A stretch of 34,436 nucleotides of DNA from a virus (Duplodnaviria; Caudoviricetes): the IMG/VR virus record IMGVR_UViG_3300030376_007093, positions 1-34,436 of that record; one strand, given 5' to 3'. Made by a program: the position numbers and the translations under genes. The notes under the pieces were generated by a model, which was not told the DNA's origin, searched no databases, and saw only the letters and a program-made list of their open reading frames with translations. Positions within the stretch are counted from its first letter, which is position 1; every line of letters begins with the position of its first letter. Below are positions 8,604 to 18,507 of the stretch, in pieces.

Positions 8604-9038
8604 ATGTTTTATATAAATAAAAATACGGCGACACTATCGGGCGGGGGCTTACCCATAACAACCGAAACGAATTATTTATTTACGGTAAGAAGCGAAAACA
8701 AGTATATAACTAGTCGCGGTTTTTGGCGTGTACCGTCGGGGAAATTACCAACTTTTCAAATATTTGTACAGGAAGACACTCTATTAAGCGCATCTTTATT
8801 TATAACTAACGGGGGCGCAAATTTTACGGGCGTAATTAATATACCCGCCGCAGCGTTCACGGTTAACGCAATAGAAAAAAACGGCGTTAATTTTTGGGTG
8901 TGGGAAACTAGCGACGCCTACACATTAGCGGCAGCGGTAGAAGGTAGATACTTAATAAATTTAGTATTACAGAATAGCGTTACAAGTAAACAAAGTACTT
9001 ATTATAGTGAAGAATTTATAATTTCAGATTGTTGTTAA
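8604..9038 (+). CDS. Probable virion structural protein
   Basis: 144-aa tightly coupled ORF, beta-rich. Confidence 0.6.
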   Translation: MFYINKNTATLSGGGLPITTETNYLFTVRSENKYITSRGFWRVPSGKLPTFQIFVQEDTLLSASLFITNGGANFTGVINIPAAAFTVNAIEKNGVNFWVWETSDAYTLAAAVEGRYLINLVLQNSVTSKQSTYYSEEFIISDCC

Positions 9039-9039
9039 T

Positions 9040-9573
9040 ATGGATTTAGACGACTTTAAAAACAACCTTTTAACGTTAATTAATGAAATTAACAACACCC
9101 GCGAAGAAGAAAGCGTAATAATTGCGCAGGAATTAGCCGCAACGGTTCGCGATAGGGTGCAAAATGACAAAGAAGACGCACAGGGGGCAAGTTTTGGCAC
9201 GTATTCGACGGCAGTAGTCCCGCAATGGTATTTTTATAGCAAGGCTTTAAGCGGGGGCGCATTAGATCGCATAAAAGCGGGCGCATGGTTTCAAAGTTAT
9301 GAAGAAGCACGGGCAGCAAATAACTTGCCTATTGACGCCGTAAATTTTACTTTTTCGGGCGATATGTTCCGACAAATAGGGGTTACTAATATTGAAAACA
9401 TCGGGTTTAGTACGTCGGTAAGTTATGGCGGTCAAACTGAATACGCAAAAAATATACTAGAATATCAAGCCCCTAAATATGGTAATATTATACAATTTTC
9501 AGAAGAAGAAAAACAAACGGTATTAGATGCACACAAAGAAAGAATAGGCAAAAAATTTAATAATTTATTATGA
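9040..9573 (+). CDS. Probable neck / tail-completion (virion morphogenesis) protein
   Basis: VNFTFSGDMFRQI resembles the L-x-x-(T/S)G-x-(L/M) motif of tail-completion proteins. Confidence 0.55.
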   Translation: MDLDDFKNNLLTLINEINNTREEESVIIAQELAATVRDRVQNDKEDAQGASFGTYSTAVVPQWYFYSKALSGGALDRIKAGAWFQSYEEARAANNLPIDAVNFTFSGDMFRQIGVTNIENIGFSTSVSYGGQTEYAKNILEYQAPKYGNIIQFSEEEKQTVLDAHKERIGKKFNNLL

Positions 9574-10001
9574 TAGATTTACTAAGCGCTGGGCTTGCTG
9601 AATATGGTACAAGGGAACTACCCCGAAAAGAACACAATAAAAGAATTTTAGAATACTTTGCCGACATTGGACATGAATGGGTAAAAAACGACGAAACTGC
9701 ATGGTGTAGCGCTTTTATAAACTACATAGCCAAAAAAACGGGCTACCCTTACACGGGTAAGCTAAACGCTAGAAGTTGGCTAAAATTAGGGCAAAGTGTA
9801 ATAGATGCCCCACAGTTAGGCGACTTAGTTATATTTTGGCGTGAAAGCCCGCAAAGTTGGAAGGGTCATGTCGGGCTTTTTATTCGTAGTGGAAAAAGTA
9901 ATATATTTGTATTAGGGGGCAATCAATCAAACGCCGTAAACATAAAGGCATACCGAAAAGATAGACTTCTGGACATTAGGCGACTAAATAAAATAAAATG
10001 A
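9570..10001 (+). CDS. TIGR02594-like NlpC/P60-CHAP cell-wall peptidase (endolysin candidate)
   Basis: DETAWCSAF (catalytic Cys), ARSWL, GDLVIF, GHVG (His), VLGGNQS. Confidence 0.88.
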   Translation: MIDLLSAGLAEYGTRELPRKEHNKRILEYFADIGHEWVKNDETAWCSAFINYIAKKTGYPYTGKLNARSWLKLGQSVIDAPQLGDLVIFWRESPQSWKGHVGLFIRSGKSNIFVLGGNQSNAVNIKAYRKDRLLDIRRLNKIK

Positions 10002-10660
10002 TATTACAATATTTAATAGAGAGTTTAATAAAAGACGATTTACAAAACTTATCTTTTGTTGATCGTTACGGCGGCATAGTTAAGCCCGTAGAAATAAAGC
10101 AACAAACTACAACAGGAACGACAAAAAGTATATACCCCGTTAGTACAAACGTAAATAATAAAGATTGTTTTAATAACGGTTTTTATCAGCACTTAATACC
10201 CGACGATAGTAAAAAAAGTATTATGTATTGGGAACTTATAAACCCTATGCAAAATATAGGCATGACCCCACGCGTAAATAAATTTAATAATATACGATAT
10301 AGGGGTACGGCGCGCTTAGTTGTGTGGCTTAATCTTAAAGAATTAGGTTTTACAATTACACCGCCTTTAGATGTATCAAACGGGGCTATTTTTACGCTGC
10401 CCGAAATTATAAATACAATTAGTTTGCAGGGTAAAATAAGCGGGGGGCTATTTGATAAAGATAATATTACTATAAAGCCAAGCAAATATATTTTAGATCA
10501 AAAAGCAATATTTAATAAATACACCTATTCGCAAGATTATAATTATTATTTATACCCCTTTAATTTTTACGCAATAGATGTATTATTTGAATTAGACACT
10601 TGTTTAAAAAATTCTTTTCAATTTGAAGTTAATAGCGCGATTGATTGCCTAAACCCTTAA
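9998..10660 (+). CDS. Probable structural protein (tail terminator-like)
   Basis: 220-aa ORF, ATGA-coupled, neck-module context. Confidence 0.5.
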   Translation: MILQYLIESLIKDDLQNLSFVDRYGGIVKPVEIKQQTTTGTTKSIYPVSTNVNNKDCFNNGFYQHLIPDDSKKSIMYWELINPMQNIGMTPRVNKFNNIRYRGTARLVVWLNLKELGFTITPPLDVSNGAIFTLPEIINTISLQGKISGGLFDKDNITIKPSKYILDQKAIFNKYTYSQDYNYYLYPFNFYAIDVLFELDTCLKNSFQFEVNSAIDCLNP

Positions 10661-10663
10661 TAA

Positions 10664-10912
10664 ATGGACTTAAAAAGTAAGAAAGTAAAAATAAAAATTG
10701 ATGTATTAGAAGCTATGCACATTTTAAGCGTTTTAAAAATTGTTAGCGAAGGTTTAGCCGAAAAGCCCCGAAATTTTGAAAACTATTTATTTAAACAGGC
10801 TTTAAATAATTACGAAAAGCAACTAGAAGGCAGTCTAAACGAAGAAAAGGCAGAATACGCCGCCGACAGTTTCGACATACGCGAAATGATGTATAAACTA
10901 GAAAACGAATAA
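10664..10912 (+). CDS. Hypothetical protein
   Basis: 82-aa ORF in operon. Confidence 0.7.
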   Translation: MDLKSKKVKIKIDVLEAMHILSVLKIVSEGLAEKPRNFENYLFKQALNNYEKQLEGSLNEEKAEYAADSFDIREMMYKLENE

Positions 10913-10919
10913 TTATATT

Positions 10920-11237
10920 ATGAACGATTATTTACTTTTTAAAATATGTTTTTTGTCGGCTTGCTTTGGTTGGTGCTATGTCGAAAAGTTAACGGGCAAC
11001 AGACAAATTTTTGATTTTATGCAGGCATTACACGAAAAAGCCCCCGAAAAATTGCGTTATATGCTGGGCTGCTCTTATTGTTTAAGCGGGTGGGTTGCTA
11101 TGGTTTGCACGGCTATAAATTGGCGACACTTTGAAAGCCCTATAATATATACGATAATAGCCGCCCCTTTATCAATGTTTTTTGTAGGGGTAGTTTTATT
11201 TTTTAATGGATATATAACACAAAAATATTATAATTAA
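10920..11237 (+). CDS. Small membrane protein with CxxC (DUF1360-like)
   Basis: Two to three hydrophobic segments and LGCSYCLSGW motif. Confidence 0.6.
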   Translation: MNDYLLFKICFLSACFGWCYVEKLTGNRQIFDFMQALHEKAPEKLRYMLGCSYCLSGWVAMVCTAINWRHFESPIIYTIIAAPLSMFFVGVVLFFNGYITQKYYN

Positions 11238-11782
11238 TGAGCGACGAAATAAAAGAAAGGTTAGAAAAAACCGACGCTAAAATTAAGGGGGTTGTAGGCG
11301 TTAAAAGCATAAAAGACGGGGACACCTACAAAAAAGACTTTACGGCAAACGGTACTAATTATAAAATTTTACCGATAGATGAAGTGTTTACGGTGGAACG
11401 TATGACGGCCTATCAAAATATTAATTTAATGTTTTCGTTAGCTAGTACACCCCTAGAAATGCACAAAAACATACAAAAGTATAAAGACATAATTATACGA
11501 ATGTGTAGTGTCGAAACGAAGGTAAAAGCAACCGACGAATTAATAAGACATACATATAATTTACTAGATAGCTTTCAAAATAATACGAACCGTTTTCCGC
11601 AAGGCTTATATATATGTACATTGTTTATAATTAGAGAAAACGAAAATATCAGTAAATGGTCGTTTGATTTAGCCGACGAAAAAATAAACGACTGGGCGGC
11701 TGAAGGGTTAAACATGGTTGATTTTTTAGGGCTAGCCATAGCGCACTCGGTCGAATGTCAAAAGATTTTAAATTTAAGCTAG
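11237..11782 (+). CDS. Tail assembly chaperone (lambda gpG-like)
   Basis: Two genes upstream of tape measure; carries an in-frame slippery heptamer near its 3' end. Confidence 0.7.
   Translation: MSDEIKERLEKTDAKIKGVVGVKSIKDGDTYKKDFTANGTNYKILPIDEVFTVERMTAYQNINLMFSLASTPLEMHKNIQKYKDIIIRMCSVETKVKATDELIRHTYNLLDSFQNNTNRFPQGLYICTLFIIRENENISKWSFDLADEKINDWAAEGLNMVDFLGLAIAHSVECQKILNLS
11722..11728 (+). other. Programmed -1 frameshift slippery site T TTT TTA
   Basis: X XXY YYZ heptamer in frame. The -1 frame has TGA at 11719-11721 and is then open from 11722 to 12030. Confidence 0.8.
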
Positions 11783-12030
11783 GCGATTTTTTAAACCCTA
11801 GCGGCGGCGACTATGGCGGAAGATATAAGGAAGTAAGATATTCAAACAAAACCTTTTTTTATGTTGATAACGTTAAAAAGAATTACGAAAATATATTAGA
11901 TAGTTTAGGGCTAATAATGGACAACTCTAATTATAGCCCCGAATACTTAAAACGGCTTTATGTCGTTGAATTTTATCAAATATTGTATAAGATTGAAGAA
12001 AAAATAAGGCGTAAACTTAAAGGAAAATAA
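11722..12030 (+). CDS. Frameshift extension of tail assembly chaperone (gpT-like)
   Basis: -1 frame relative to the 11237 ORF; ends 5 bp before tape measure ATG; ATG 11755 lacks an A-rich leader. Confidence 0.72.
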   Translation, partial: FFRASHSALGRMSKDFKFKLGDFLNPSGGDYGGRYKEVRYSNKTFFYVDNVKKNYENILDSLGLIMDNSNYSPEYLKRLYVVEFYQILYKIEEKIRRKLKGK

Positions 12031-12035
12031 AAAAA

Positions 12036-14528
12036 ATGGCTGAAGAAATAGAAATAAGGATAGTTGCGGATGATACCGAATTAATTAACAGTTTTCAAAA
12101 TATAGCGGGGCAAGCCGAAGAACTAAGCGGCACTATTGCGGAAACTGGCGAAAGCATAGGCGCGGGGCTAAGTGCTGGCGGGCTTGATAATTTAACCGAA
12201 GGACTAGAAGACGCAGGCGGCGCAGCCGTTGGGGCGTCTAAGGGGATAGGCAAAGCTAGCGGGTCAATGTCTAAATTTACGCGAATCGGTGGGCGTGGTG
12301 CGTCTATGTTGGGGCGCTTTGGTGGCAAATCGGGGCTGGTAATTGGTCGGCTGGGTAGTATGACCGCAGCGCTAGCGGGTACACCTTTAGGGGCGTTTGC
12401 ATTAGCGGCGACCGCTGCGGCGGCTGCAATTAGTTTTTTTAGTAAATCAGTTGACACTAAAAAGATTTTAGAACTCGAAGACGGTATAAAGGACTTAACA
12501 AACGAAATAAAAGACTTAGAAGCGCAAGCCGAATTAATAGAATTAGACGTAACTGGCGCAACTGAAAGGGAAAAATTTTTAAAACGTCAAATAATTTTAC
12601 AGAATGCAGTAAATAAAGCAGCGAATGATTTTGGACAGGCGCAGGCGTCTATTTTTGGGCAGGAACAAAGACTAATAGCATTAAGGGCAACGGGCGCAGA
12701 ACGCGAAGAAATATTAACAGAAAGAAAACTTTTAAAAGAGTTAGAAAAAGAAAAAGAAGAAGCACGAATAAAAGAATTACAAGCCAAATTACAACTAAAA
12801 AAAGACGAATTAGACGAACAAAAACGAAAAGAAAATTTAGCACAAAAAGACATTGAACGCCGCGAAAAAATAAACAAGTTATTTAACAAACTTATTACCG
12901 ACGAAAGGCAAAAAGCAATACAAGCGGTAACAGATCAAGCCGCAGCACGCGAAAAAGAAGGCAAAGAAATAATTAAAAACCGTACACAATTAACACAGTT
13001 TTTAATAGATAATGAAAACTTTAAGATTGAGCAAATAAAGAAAATAAACGCCGAATTCGACGCAGCAGAAGCGGAAGCGAGAAAAGGATTACAGGCTCAA
13101 CTAATTACGGACGCCGAAGAATTAGAAAAATTTGAAGCCGCCCGACGATCTGAAAAGCTAATAAAAGACATACAAGCCAGCAAAGAAAGCGCCGAAGTAA
13201 TAGCCGAACAAACGGCAACGGCACAGGATAATTTAAATAAAGAATTAGCCGCCATTAGCGATAAATTCGCGGAAGAAAGGAAACAAAAACAAATAGATGA
13301 AAATAGCGAACTATTAGCCATAAAAGCCGCACAGGCTGAAAACTTGTTACAGGCGGATATTTCGACGCTAGAAGCTAAACAGGCTTTACAGTTTGCCGAA
13401 TTTGCCGAAACAAAACGAACAGACGAAGAAATAGCACAATTTGAAAAAGAGCAGCAAAACGAATTAACACGGCTAACGCTAGAAGGCGAAAAAAAGCGCC
13501 TAGAAATAATACGCGACTTTAACAAGCAAATAACCGAAGAAGAAAAAGCGGCGTTAAACGCTCAAATTAAAGCCGTAAAGGCTCAAATTGATAACATAGG
13601 GGTAACGGTTCAAAAGGCAAGCGAAGACGCAAAAGGCTTAGGCGGTTTATTAGGACTTAATAAAGAACAAAGCGAAAAGGCAAACCAAGCCGCCGCCCAA
13701 ATATTACAAAAAACAACCGACTTAGTGCGCAACGCCATAAACGAGCGTATTAATATTTTACAAGAAGAAATTGATTTTAGAGAAAGCCGTATAGACAATT
13801 TAAACACAGAATTAAGCAACGAAATAAAACTAAACGAAATTGGGAAGGCGTCAAATATTGAAAACGTAAAAGCGCAATTAGAAGCCGAAAAGGCGGCACG
13901 GGAAAAAGCCCAAAACGAAAGACAGGAAGCAGCGCAGGCGGCTTTTATATTAGATTCGGCGGTACAAGCGTCTAGTTTGGCCGTAACGATTGCAAACTTA
14001 TATAAAAGCCTATCCCCGTTGGGGGCGGTTGGTATCTTATTAGCTACGACATTAACGGGGGTTTTATTATCGTCTTTTGTTGCGGGTAAAGCAAAAGCAG
14101 CCGAAGCGGCGGGCTTTGCCGAAGGGGGTTATACGGGGCGATCTAGGACGGGCAGCCGTTACGAACCCGCTGGCGTAGTGCATAAAGGCGAATTTGTGAT
14201 AGATAAACCGACAACCGAAGCGCTAGGGCTACAAAATAAGAGTATGAAAGACTTTAAAAACTTAATGCTAGGCGAAGCGGTAACGGACAAAAACAACGCT
14301 ATAAACGCTAAAATAACACAAAATAATACTAATTTAGATGCTATTAATAGGCAGTTATATAAAGACGCGGTAAAAAATGCGATACTGTCACAAAACGGGT
14401 TATTGAACGAAATTAAAAAAGCTATAAAAGAGCAGCCCGTTGTTATACCCGTTGGGGAAGGTCGCGCAATTATTGAACGCTATATAAATAACAGAAAAAT
14501 TAAAGAAATTTTTAAATTTAAAAAATGA
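12036..14528 (+). CDS. Tail tape measure protein
   Basis: 830 aa, Ala/Gly-rich hydrophobic segments, long coiled coil, C-terminal FAEGGYTG..YEPAGVVHKGEFV motif. Confidence 0.9.
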   Translation: MAEEIEIRIVADDTELINSFQNIAGQAEELSGTIAETGESIGAGLSAGGLDNLTEGLEDAGGAAVGASKGIGKASGSMSKFTRIGGRGASMLGRFGGKSGLVIGRLGSMTAALAGTPLGAFALAATAAAAAISFFSKSVDTKKILELEDGIKDLTNEIKDLEAQAELIELDVTGATEREKFLKRQIILQNAVNKAANDFGQAQASIFGQEQRLIALRATGAEREEILTERKLLKELEKEKEEARIKELQAKLQLKKDELDEQKRKENLAQKDIERREKINKLFNKLITDERQKAIQAVTDQAAAREKEGKEIIKNRTQLTQFLIDNENFKIEQIKKINAEFDAAEAEARKGLQAQLITDAEELEKFEAARRSEKLIKDIQASKESAEVIAEQTATAQDNLNKELAAISDKFAEERKQKQIDENSELLAIKAAQAENLLQADISTLEAKQALQFAEFAETKRTDEEIAQFEKEQQNELTRLTLEGEKKRLEIIRDFNKQITEEEKAALNAQIKAVKAQIDNIGVTVQKASEDAKGLGGLLGLNKEQSEKANQAAAQILQKTTDLVRNAINERINILQEEIDFRESRIDNLNTELSNEIKLNEIGKASNIENVKAQLEAEKAAREKAQNERQEAAQAAFILDSAVQASSLAVTIANLYKSLSPLGAVGILLATTLTGVLLSSFVAGKAKAAEAAGFAEGGYTGRSRTGSRYEPAGVVHKGEFVIDKPTTEALGLQNKSMKDFKNLMLGEAVTDKNNAINAKITQNNTNLDAINRQLYKDAVKNAILSQNGLLNEIKKAIKEQPVVIPVGEGRAIIERYINNRKIKEIFKFKK

Positions 14529-14532
14529 TTTT

Positions 14533-15057
14533 ATGAACTGGAAACTAGAAAGGGAACTGACCGAAGAAGAAAACGAACTTTTAAATTTTGTACATTTTCC
14601 CCGCGAAGTACGAATACAAAACCGCTTACAAAAGCGAATTAAAAAAACCGTTTCAATAGGTGGGTATATAAATAATCAAGCGCCAAAACTTGAAGACATT
14701 GTATATAATATAGTACCTAAAAACGTAGCTAATTATCAAAAAAAGAAAACATTAAGCCCCGAAACGCAAAAGGCAAAAAGTTGCTTACATATATATTTCG
14801 ATAATAACGAAATAGAAAGCGAATTAAATTATTTATTAGCCACCTTTTGCACGCCTAAGCCTACGCCAAGTATGACGGTAAGTAAAAAGCCTTTAGATTC
14901 AAGCGCAGAAATTGAACCTTTAAGCGATCTTAAAAAAATGCAGGCTAAAAAAATGTATTTAGAAGACGGCGCAGACTTAAAAGAAATAGCAAAGGCGTTA
15001 AAACTTACGCAAAAAATATTAAAACCATATTTAAAATTACTAGATAATGAAATATAA
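14533..15057 (+). CDS. Hypothetical protein with C-terminal HTH
   Basis: AKKMYLEDGADLKEIAKALKLTQKILKPYL fits an HTH pattern. Confidence 0.6.
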   Translation: MNWKLERELTEEENELLNFVHFPREVRIQNRLQKRIKKTVSIGGYINNQAPKLEDIVYNIVPKNVANYQKKKTLSPETQKAKSCLHIYFDNNEIESELNYLLATFCTPKPTPSMTVSKKPLDSSAEIEPLSDLKKMQAKKMYLEDGADLKEIAKALKLTQKILKPYLKLLDNEI

Positions 15058-15274
15058 ATATAGAAAACAACGCCGTTATTGGGTGGCGCTTAGTTGTAGG
15101 GTATGGCATGAATGCAGCGAAGAACAAAAAGAACGTTTACAAAAAACTAGTAATAAATTCGAGTTTGCCGAAATTTTACCGCCAACACCTACGCCAAGCA
15201 TGAAAAAGGCGACTAAAAAGAAAGCCGAAAGCGTAGCGGTAAAAGACGGCGAAACAAAAGACGCCAAAGAATGA
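15047..15274 (+). CDS. Hypothetical small basic protein
   Basis: 75-aa ORF overlapping the previous stop; shares PxPTPSM with it. Confidence 0.65.
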   Translation: MKYKYRKQRRYWVALSCRVWHECSEEQKERLQKTSNKFEFAEILPPTPTPSMKKATKKKAESVAVKDGETKDAKE

Positions 15275-15295
15275 AACAATTTTAATTAAATTAAT

Positions 15296-15304
15296 GTATA
15301 TTTG
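15296..15304 (+). promoter_or_regulatory. -7 element upstream of scaffold/capsid genes
   Basis: GTATATTTG with a perfect TAnnTTTG in the intergenic gap, 2 bp before ATG 15307; no -33 element. Confidence 0.45.
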
Positions 15305-15306
15305 TT

Positions 15307-16203
15307 ATGAATGAAGTACAGGACGCCGTACTTACGGCGGTAAGTGAATTATTTAATATTAATTCAAAGGATTTAGCCGAAGCGCTAGAGCAAAAAGAAG
15401 TAGAAAATTTAAGCGGGTTAATTAGCGAACTAAAGCCCTTAACTAAAAATTATTTAAACGTCAAACATGACGAATATTTAAACAAAGGTTACAGGCAAGC
15501 AAGCAAAAAAACCGAAAGGCTAGTAAAAGAAATTTTTAATAATATAGAGTTTAGCGGCTCATCGCAAGACGAAATATTTACAGAAATTAAACAAGCCTAT
15601 ACAACCGCAAAAAATGACACTACCAAAAAGTCAAAAATAACATTACAAGACGCTTTACAGTCGGACGAAGTAAAAAGCTATTTAGATAAATTCAAAGGTT
15701 TTGAAACTAAGTATAATGAACTAAATACAAGTTTTGAAACTTACAAAAATCTTAATTTAGTTAAGTCTAGGGCTTTGAATGTTTTAACGTCTTTAGGTGC
15801 TAATTTTAGTAGCGATCAAAATATTAGACAAAGGCAGGAAAAAGCCTTTTTAAATGAATTGAAAGCGCATAAATTCCAGCAAAATGAAGACGGGCAAATA
15901 TTAGTACTAGATTCAGACGGCGAAAAGCTATTTAATAAAAACGCGGGCGACTATTGGACGTTTAAAGATTTAGTAAAAACTTTGTCCCCCGTCGATTTTG
16001 TAGAAAGTAAGCCTAATAATACGCTACCAAAAAACAACGGCGTAAAAGGCAATATTTCAAATACTTATGGTTTAACAAATGAACAATTAAAAAATGTGAG
16101 TTTTGAAGACTATAACAAAGCACTACAAAGCGGCGACCAAGAAAAAGCCCAGTATTTATACAAACAAATGTTAAGCAATTACGCAACAACAAATAATAAA
16201 TAA
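15307..16203 (+). CDS. Probable capsid scaffolding protein
   Basis: 298 aa, helical and charged, low-complexity linker plus C-terminal helix pair; directly upstream of capsid gene. Confidence 0.65.
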   Translation: MNEVQDAVLTAVSELFNINSKDLAEALEQKEVENLSGLISELKPLTKNYLNVKHDEYLNKGYRQASKKTERLVKEIFNNIEFSGSSQDEIFTEIKQAYTTAKNDTTKKSKITLQDALQSDEVKSYLDKFKGFETKYNELNTSFETYKNLNLVKSRALNVLTSLGANFSSDQNIRQRQEKAFLNELKAHKFQQNEDGQILVLDSDGEKLFNKNAGDYWTFKDLVKTLSPVDFVESKPNNTLPKNNGVKGNISNTYGLTNEQLKNVSFEDYNKALQSGDQEKAQYLYKQMLSNYATTNNK

Positions 16204-16228
16204 TTTTTAAAAACTAAATTTTTTAGAT

Positions 16229-17356
16229 ATGCCAGATTTTACAAGTTCAGAGCTGCAAATAATTAAGGCAGCAATGACACAAGTTTTCCAAAATAAAGGA
16301 AACGTACAACCCGAACTAAACAAAACGCCCGTTACTGCGCCCGTTTTATTAGCAAACCAAACCGCAAAAGTCGAAGAACTGAAAGCGGGAAGCGGCGACG
16401 CTTGCGTAGGCACTCGTATATGGTATTCGGTAGCAGATGTAACGACAGTTCCCGAAATTTCTAGCACGGTAGTAAATTCAAGTTGCGACCTTACAGAAGG
16501 TACGGGTTTAAGTACTGCACACGTCGATTATGATTTTAATGTTTTTTTAAAGCAAGTTATAGAATTAAACGACAAAGATTGTAATAACCTTTTTAAATTT
16601 CCCGAAAGAGTAGCCGAGTTATTATTACATAAGCAGTCTTTAATGGTTCAAGCATTTAACAACCATGTTATTAGCGAACTAGAAGCAAACAAAACAACGG
16701 CAACAACTAGCGAATTAGTCGACAATGTCGCGGTAGTCGCTAACGATTACACAATTACGGGCGCTGAATATTGGACAGGCGACAAAGTACAGGAAACTAT
16801 CGCAATTTTTGACCAATTAGCAGACAAACACGGGCTAGGCGAATACCTAGTTATTTGCGGTCGTTCTTTAAAAGTTGCCGCAACTATTGCAAGTTTTAAC
16901 GGTGGCAATGTTGGCACTACTGAATACGGCGCTAGCGTTGCTTTTTCAAGATCGCAATTATTTTGGGACACTAGAAACCTAGACACAGTTGTAGGCGCCG
17001 AAGTTGTTTACTTAGTAGACCCACGCGCTTATGCGTCTTATTTTTATGCTGAATACCCCGAACAAGGCGAAGAACTAGGCGACGATAAGCAAACCGTAGT
17101 ATTTAGCCTACCTTTGCAATATTACAACAACTTTGCACAGGATAATACAAACGTTTCTACTTTAGAGTTTGCCGAAATGGGCGCTTTAATGCCAGCAAAA
17201 ATCGATGTAAGATACCAAAAGAAATGCGACGCTACAACGTCAAAATATGGCAAGCCTAGCCTAAAGCATTTTTGGGAACTTGATCTAGTGGCATTATTTG
17301 AACTTGCACCAAATGACGGCGCTAATACTGGCATCGTTAAAGTTGTAAAAGCATAA
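16229..17356 (+). CDS. Major capsid protein
   Basis: 375 aa, follows scaffold-like gene, Ala/Val/Thr-rich, ends GIVKVVKA as is typical of HK97-fold capsids. Confidence 0.75.
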   Translation: MPDFTSSELQIIKAAMTQVFQNKGNVQPELNKTPVTAPVLLANQTAKVEELKAGSGDACVGTRIWYSVADVTTVPEISSTVVNSSCDLTEGTGLSTAHVDYDFNVFLKQVIELNDKDCNNLFKFPERVAELLLHKQSLMVQAFNNHVISELEANKTTATTSELVDNVAVVANDYTITGAEYWTGDKVQETIAIFDQLADKHGLGEYLVICGRSLKVAATIASFNGGNVGTTEYGASVAFSRSQLFWDTRNLDTVVGAEVVYLVDPRAYASYFYAEYPEQGEELGDDKQTVVFSLPLQYYNNFAQDNTNVSTLEFAEMGALMPAKIDVRYQKKCDATTSKYGKPSLKHFWELDLVALFELAPNDGANTGIVKVVKA

Positions 17357-17361
17357 AATAA

Positions 17362-18495
17362 ATGTTAGATTGTTTAATTAATACCGTAGGGCTTGCAGAT
17401 ACTGCGTGTAATTGCTGGGACAGTTCTAAACCTGTTGACTTTAGTACAATAAACGAAAGTAAAAGCGGGCTTTATGTTTCAGAAAATAACACTTTACCCG
17501 TAAATTGGGCAGCAGCTGGCGCAGATTGTGGCACGGGTTCGATATGGGATATGTTAATACACGCCCGAAAGCAAGCCGTACGGTATTTTTTAAGCGATTT
17601 TTTGACCGCTATACAACACAAAAAAACTGAAAGATTTACACCGTTTAAAAAAATTGGCGACGATTATTACAAAAGCGGGGCTATTGTAAACGGCGATTTT
17701 GTCGGGTTTTGGATTGAGCCGTACGAAGTGCGGGGCGCTAAAATAATAATTGATAGTATAGATATAGCTATGTGGTCGGGCATTTTTGACCCTACAAGCA
17801 TTGATATATTTATATATGATAGTTTAGACCTTAGCACCCCTTTAGCTAGCACTACGGCGAATTTAACGGCTAATAAGCAATATTTTACGGCGTCTTTGTC
17901 TACGCCCTACATAATAGATTTAACAAATGTTAGGGACGATCTAAATCAAAGGTTTTATTTTGTTTATGAATTGCCGCGCGGCTTTGTGCCAGTTAGAAAT
18001 GACACTGAAAAGGGCTGCGGCTGCTCATCTCAAAATATATATAGAGATAATCCATATTTAGCACTTTTAAATATTAGCGGCGTTCAAAGTAATAGTATAA
18101 ACGAATTATTAAACCCCGTTGGGGCTAGCGGTAACATGAACGGTTTATTATTAAATACTAAATTTGAATGTGATTATTATAGCTGGTTATGTGAATTAAC
18201 GCAAGATATGACAAGCCCCGCAAGTGGCGACCGTTTAAAATTGGGTATGTGTCTAGCCGACACGTTACAAGCTAAGGCGGTAATGATTTTAATAGATTCG
18301 ATTTTAACTAGCAATAGAATAAACTATTATACTATTATATCAAACCCCGAAATTTTATATTCTAAGCATGGGCATTATAATAAAATATATAAAAACGGTA
18401 TTGATAACCTAGTTTATTATATGCCGAAAGATGTTACCGATTGTTTAGTATGTAAAGAAGACAAAAGAATTAAAAAATCTCAAATAATAATTTAA
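17362..18495 (+). CDS. Probable head-tail adaptor / structural protein with inserted beta domain, Cys-rich
   Basis: Follows capsid; helical termini around a beta-rich middle; 11 Cys. Confidence 0.5.
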   Translation: MLDCLINTVGLADTACNCWDSSKPVDFSTINESKSGLYVSENNTLPVNWAAAGADCGTGSIWDMLIHARKQAVRYFLSDFLTAIQHKKTERFTPFKKIGDDYYKSGAIVNGDFVGFWIEPYEVRGAKIIIDSIDIAMWSGIFDPTSIDIFIYDSLDLSTPLASTTANLTANKQYFTASLSTPYIIDLTNVRDDLNQRFYFVYELPRGFVPVRNDTEKGCGCSSQNIYRDNPYLALLNISGVQSNSINELLNPVGASGNMNGLLLNTKFECDYYSWLCELTQDMTSPASGDRLKLGMCLADTLQAKAVMILIDSILTSNRINYYTIISNPEILYSKHGHYNKIYKNGIDNLVYYMPKDVTDCLVCKEDKRIKKSQIII

Positions 18496-18507
18496 AATTT
18501 TAAAATT

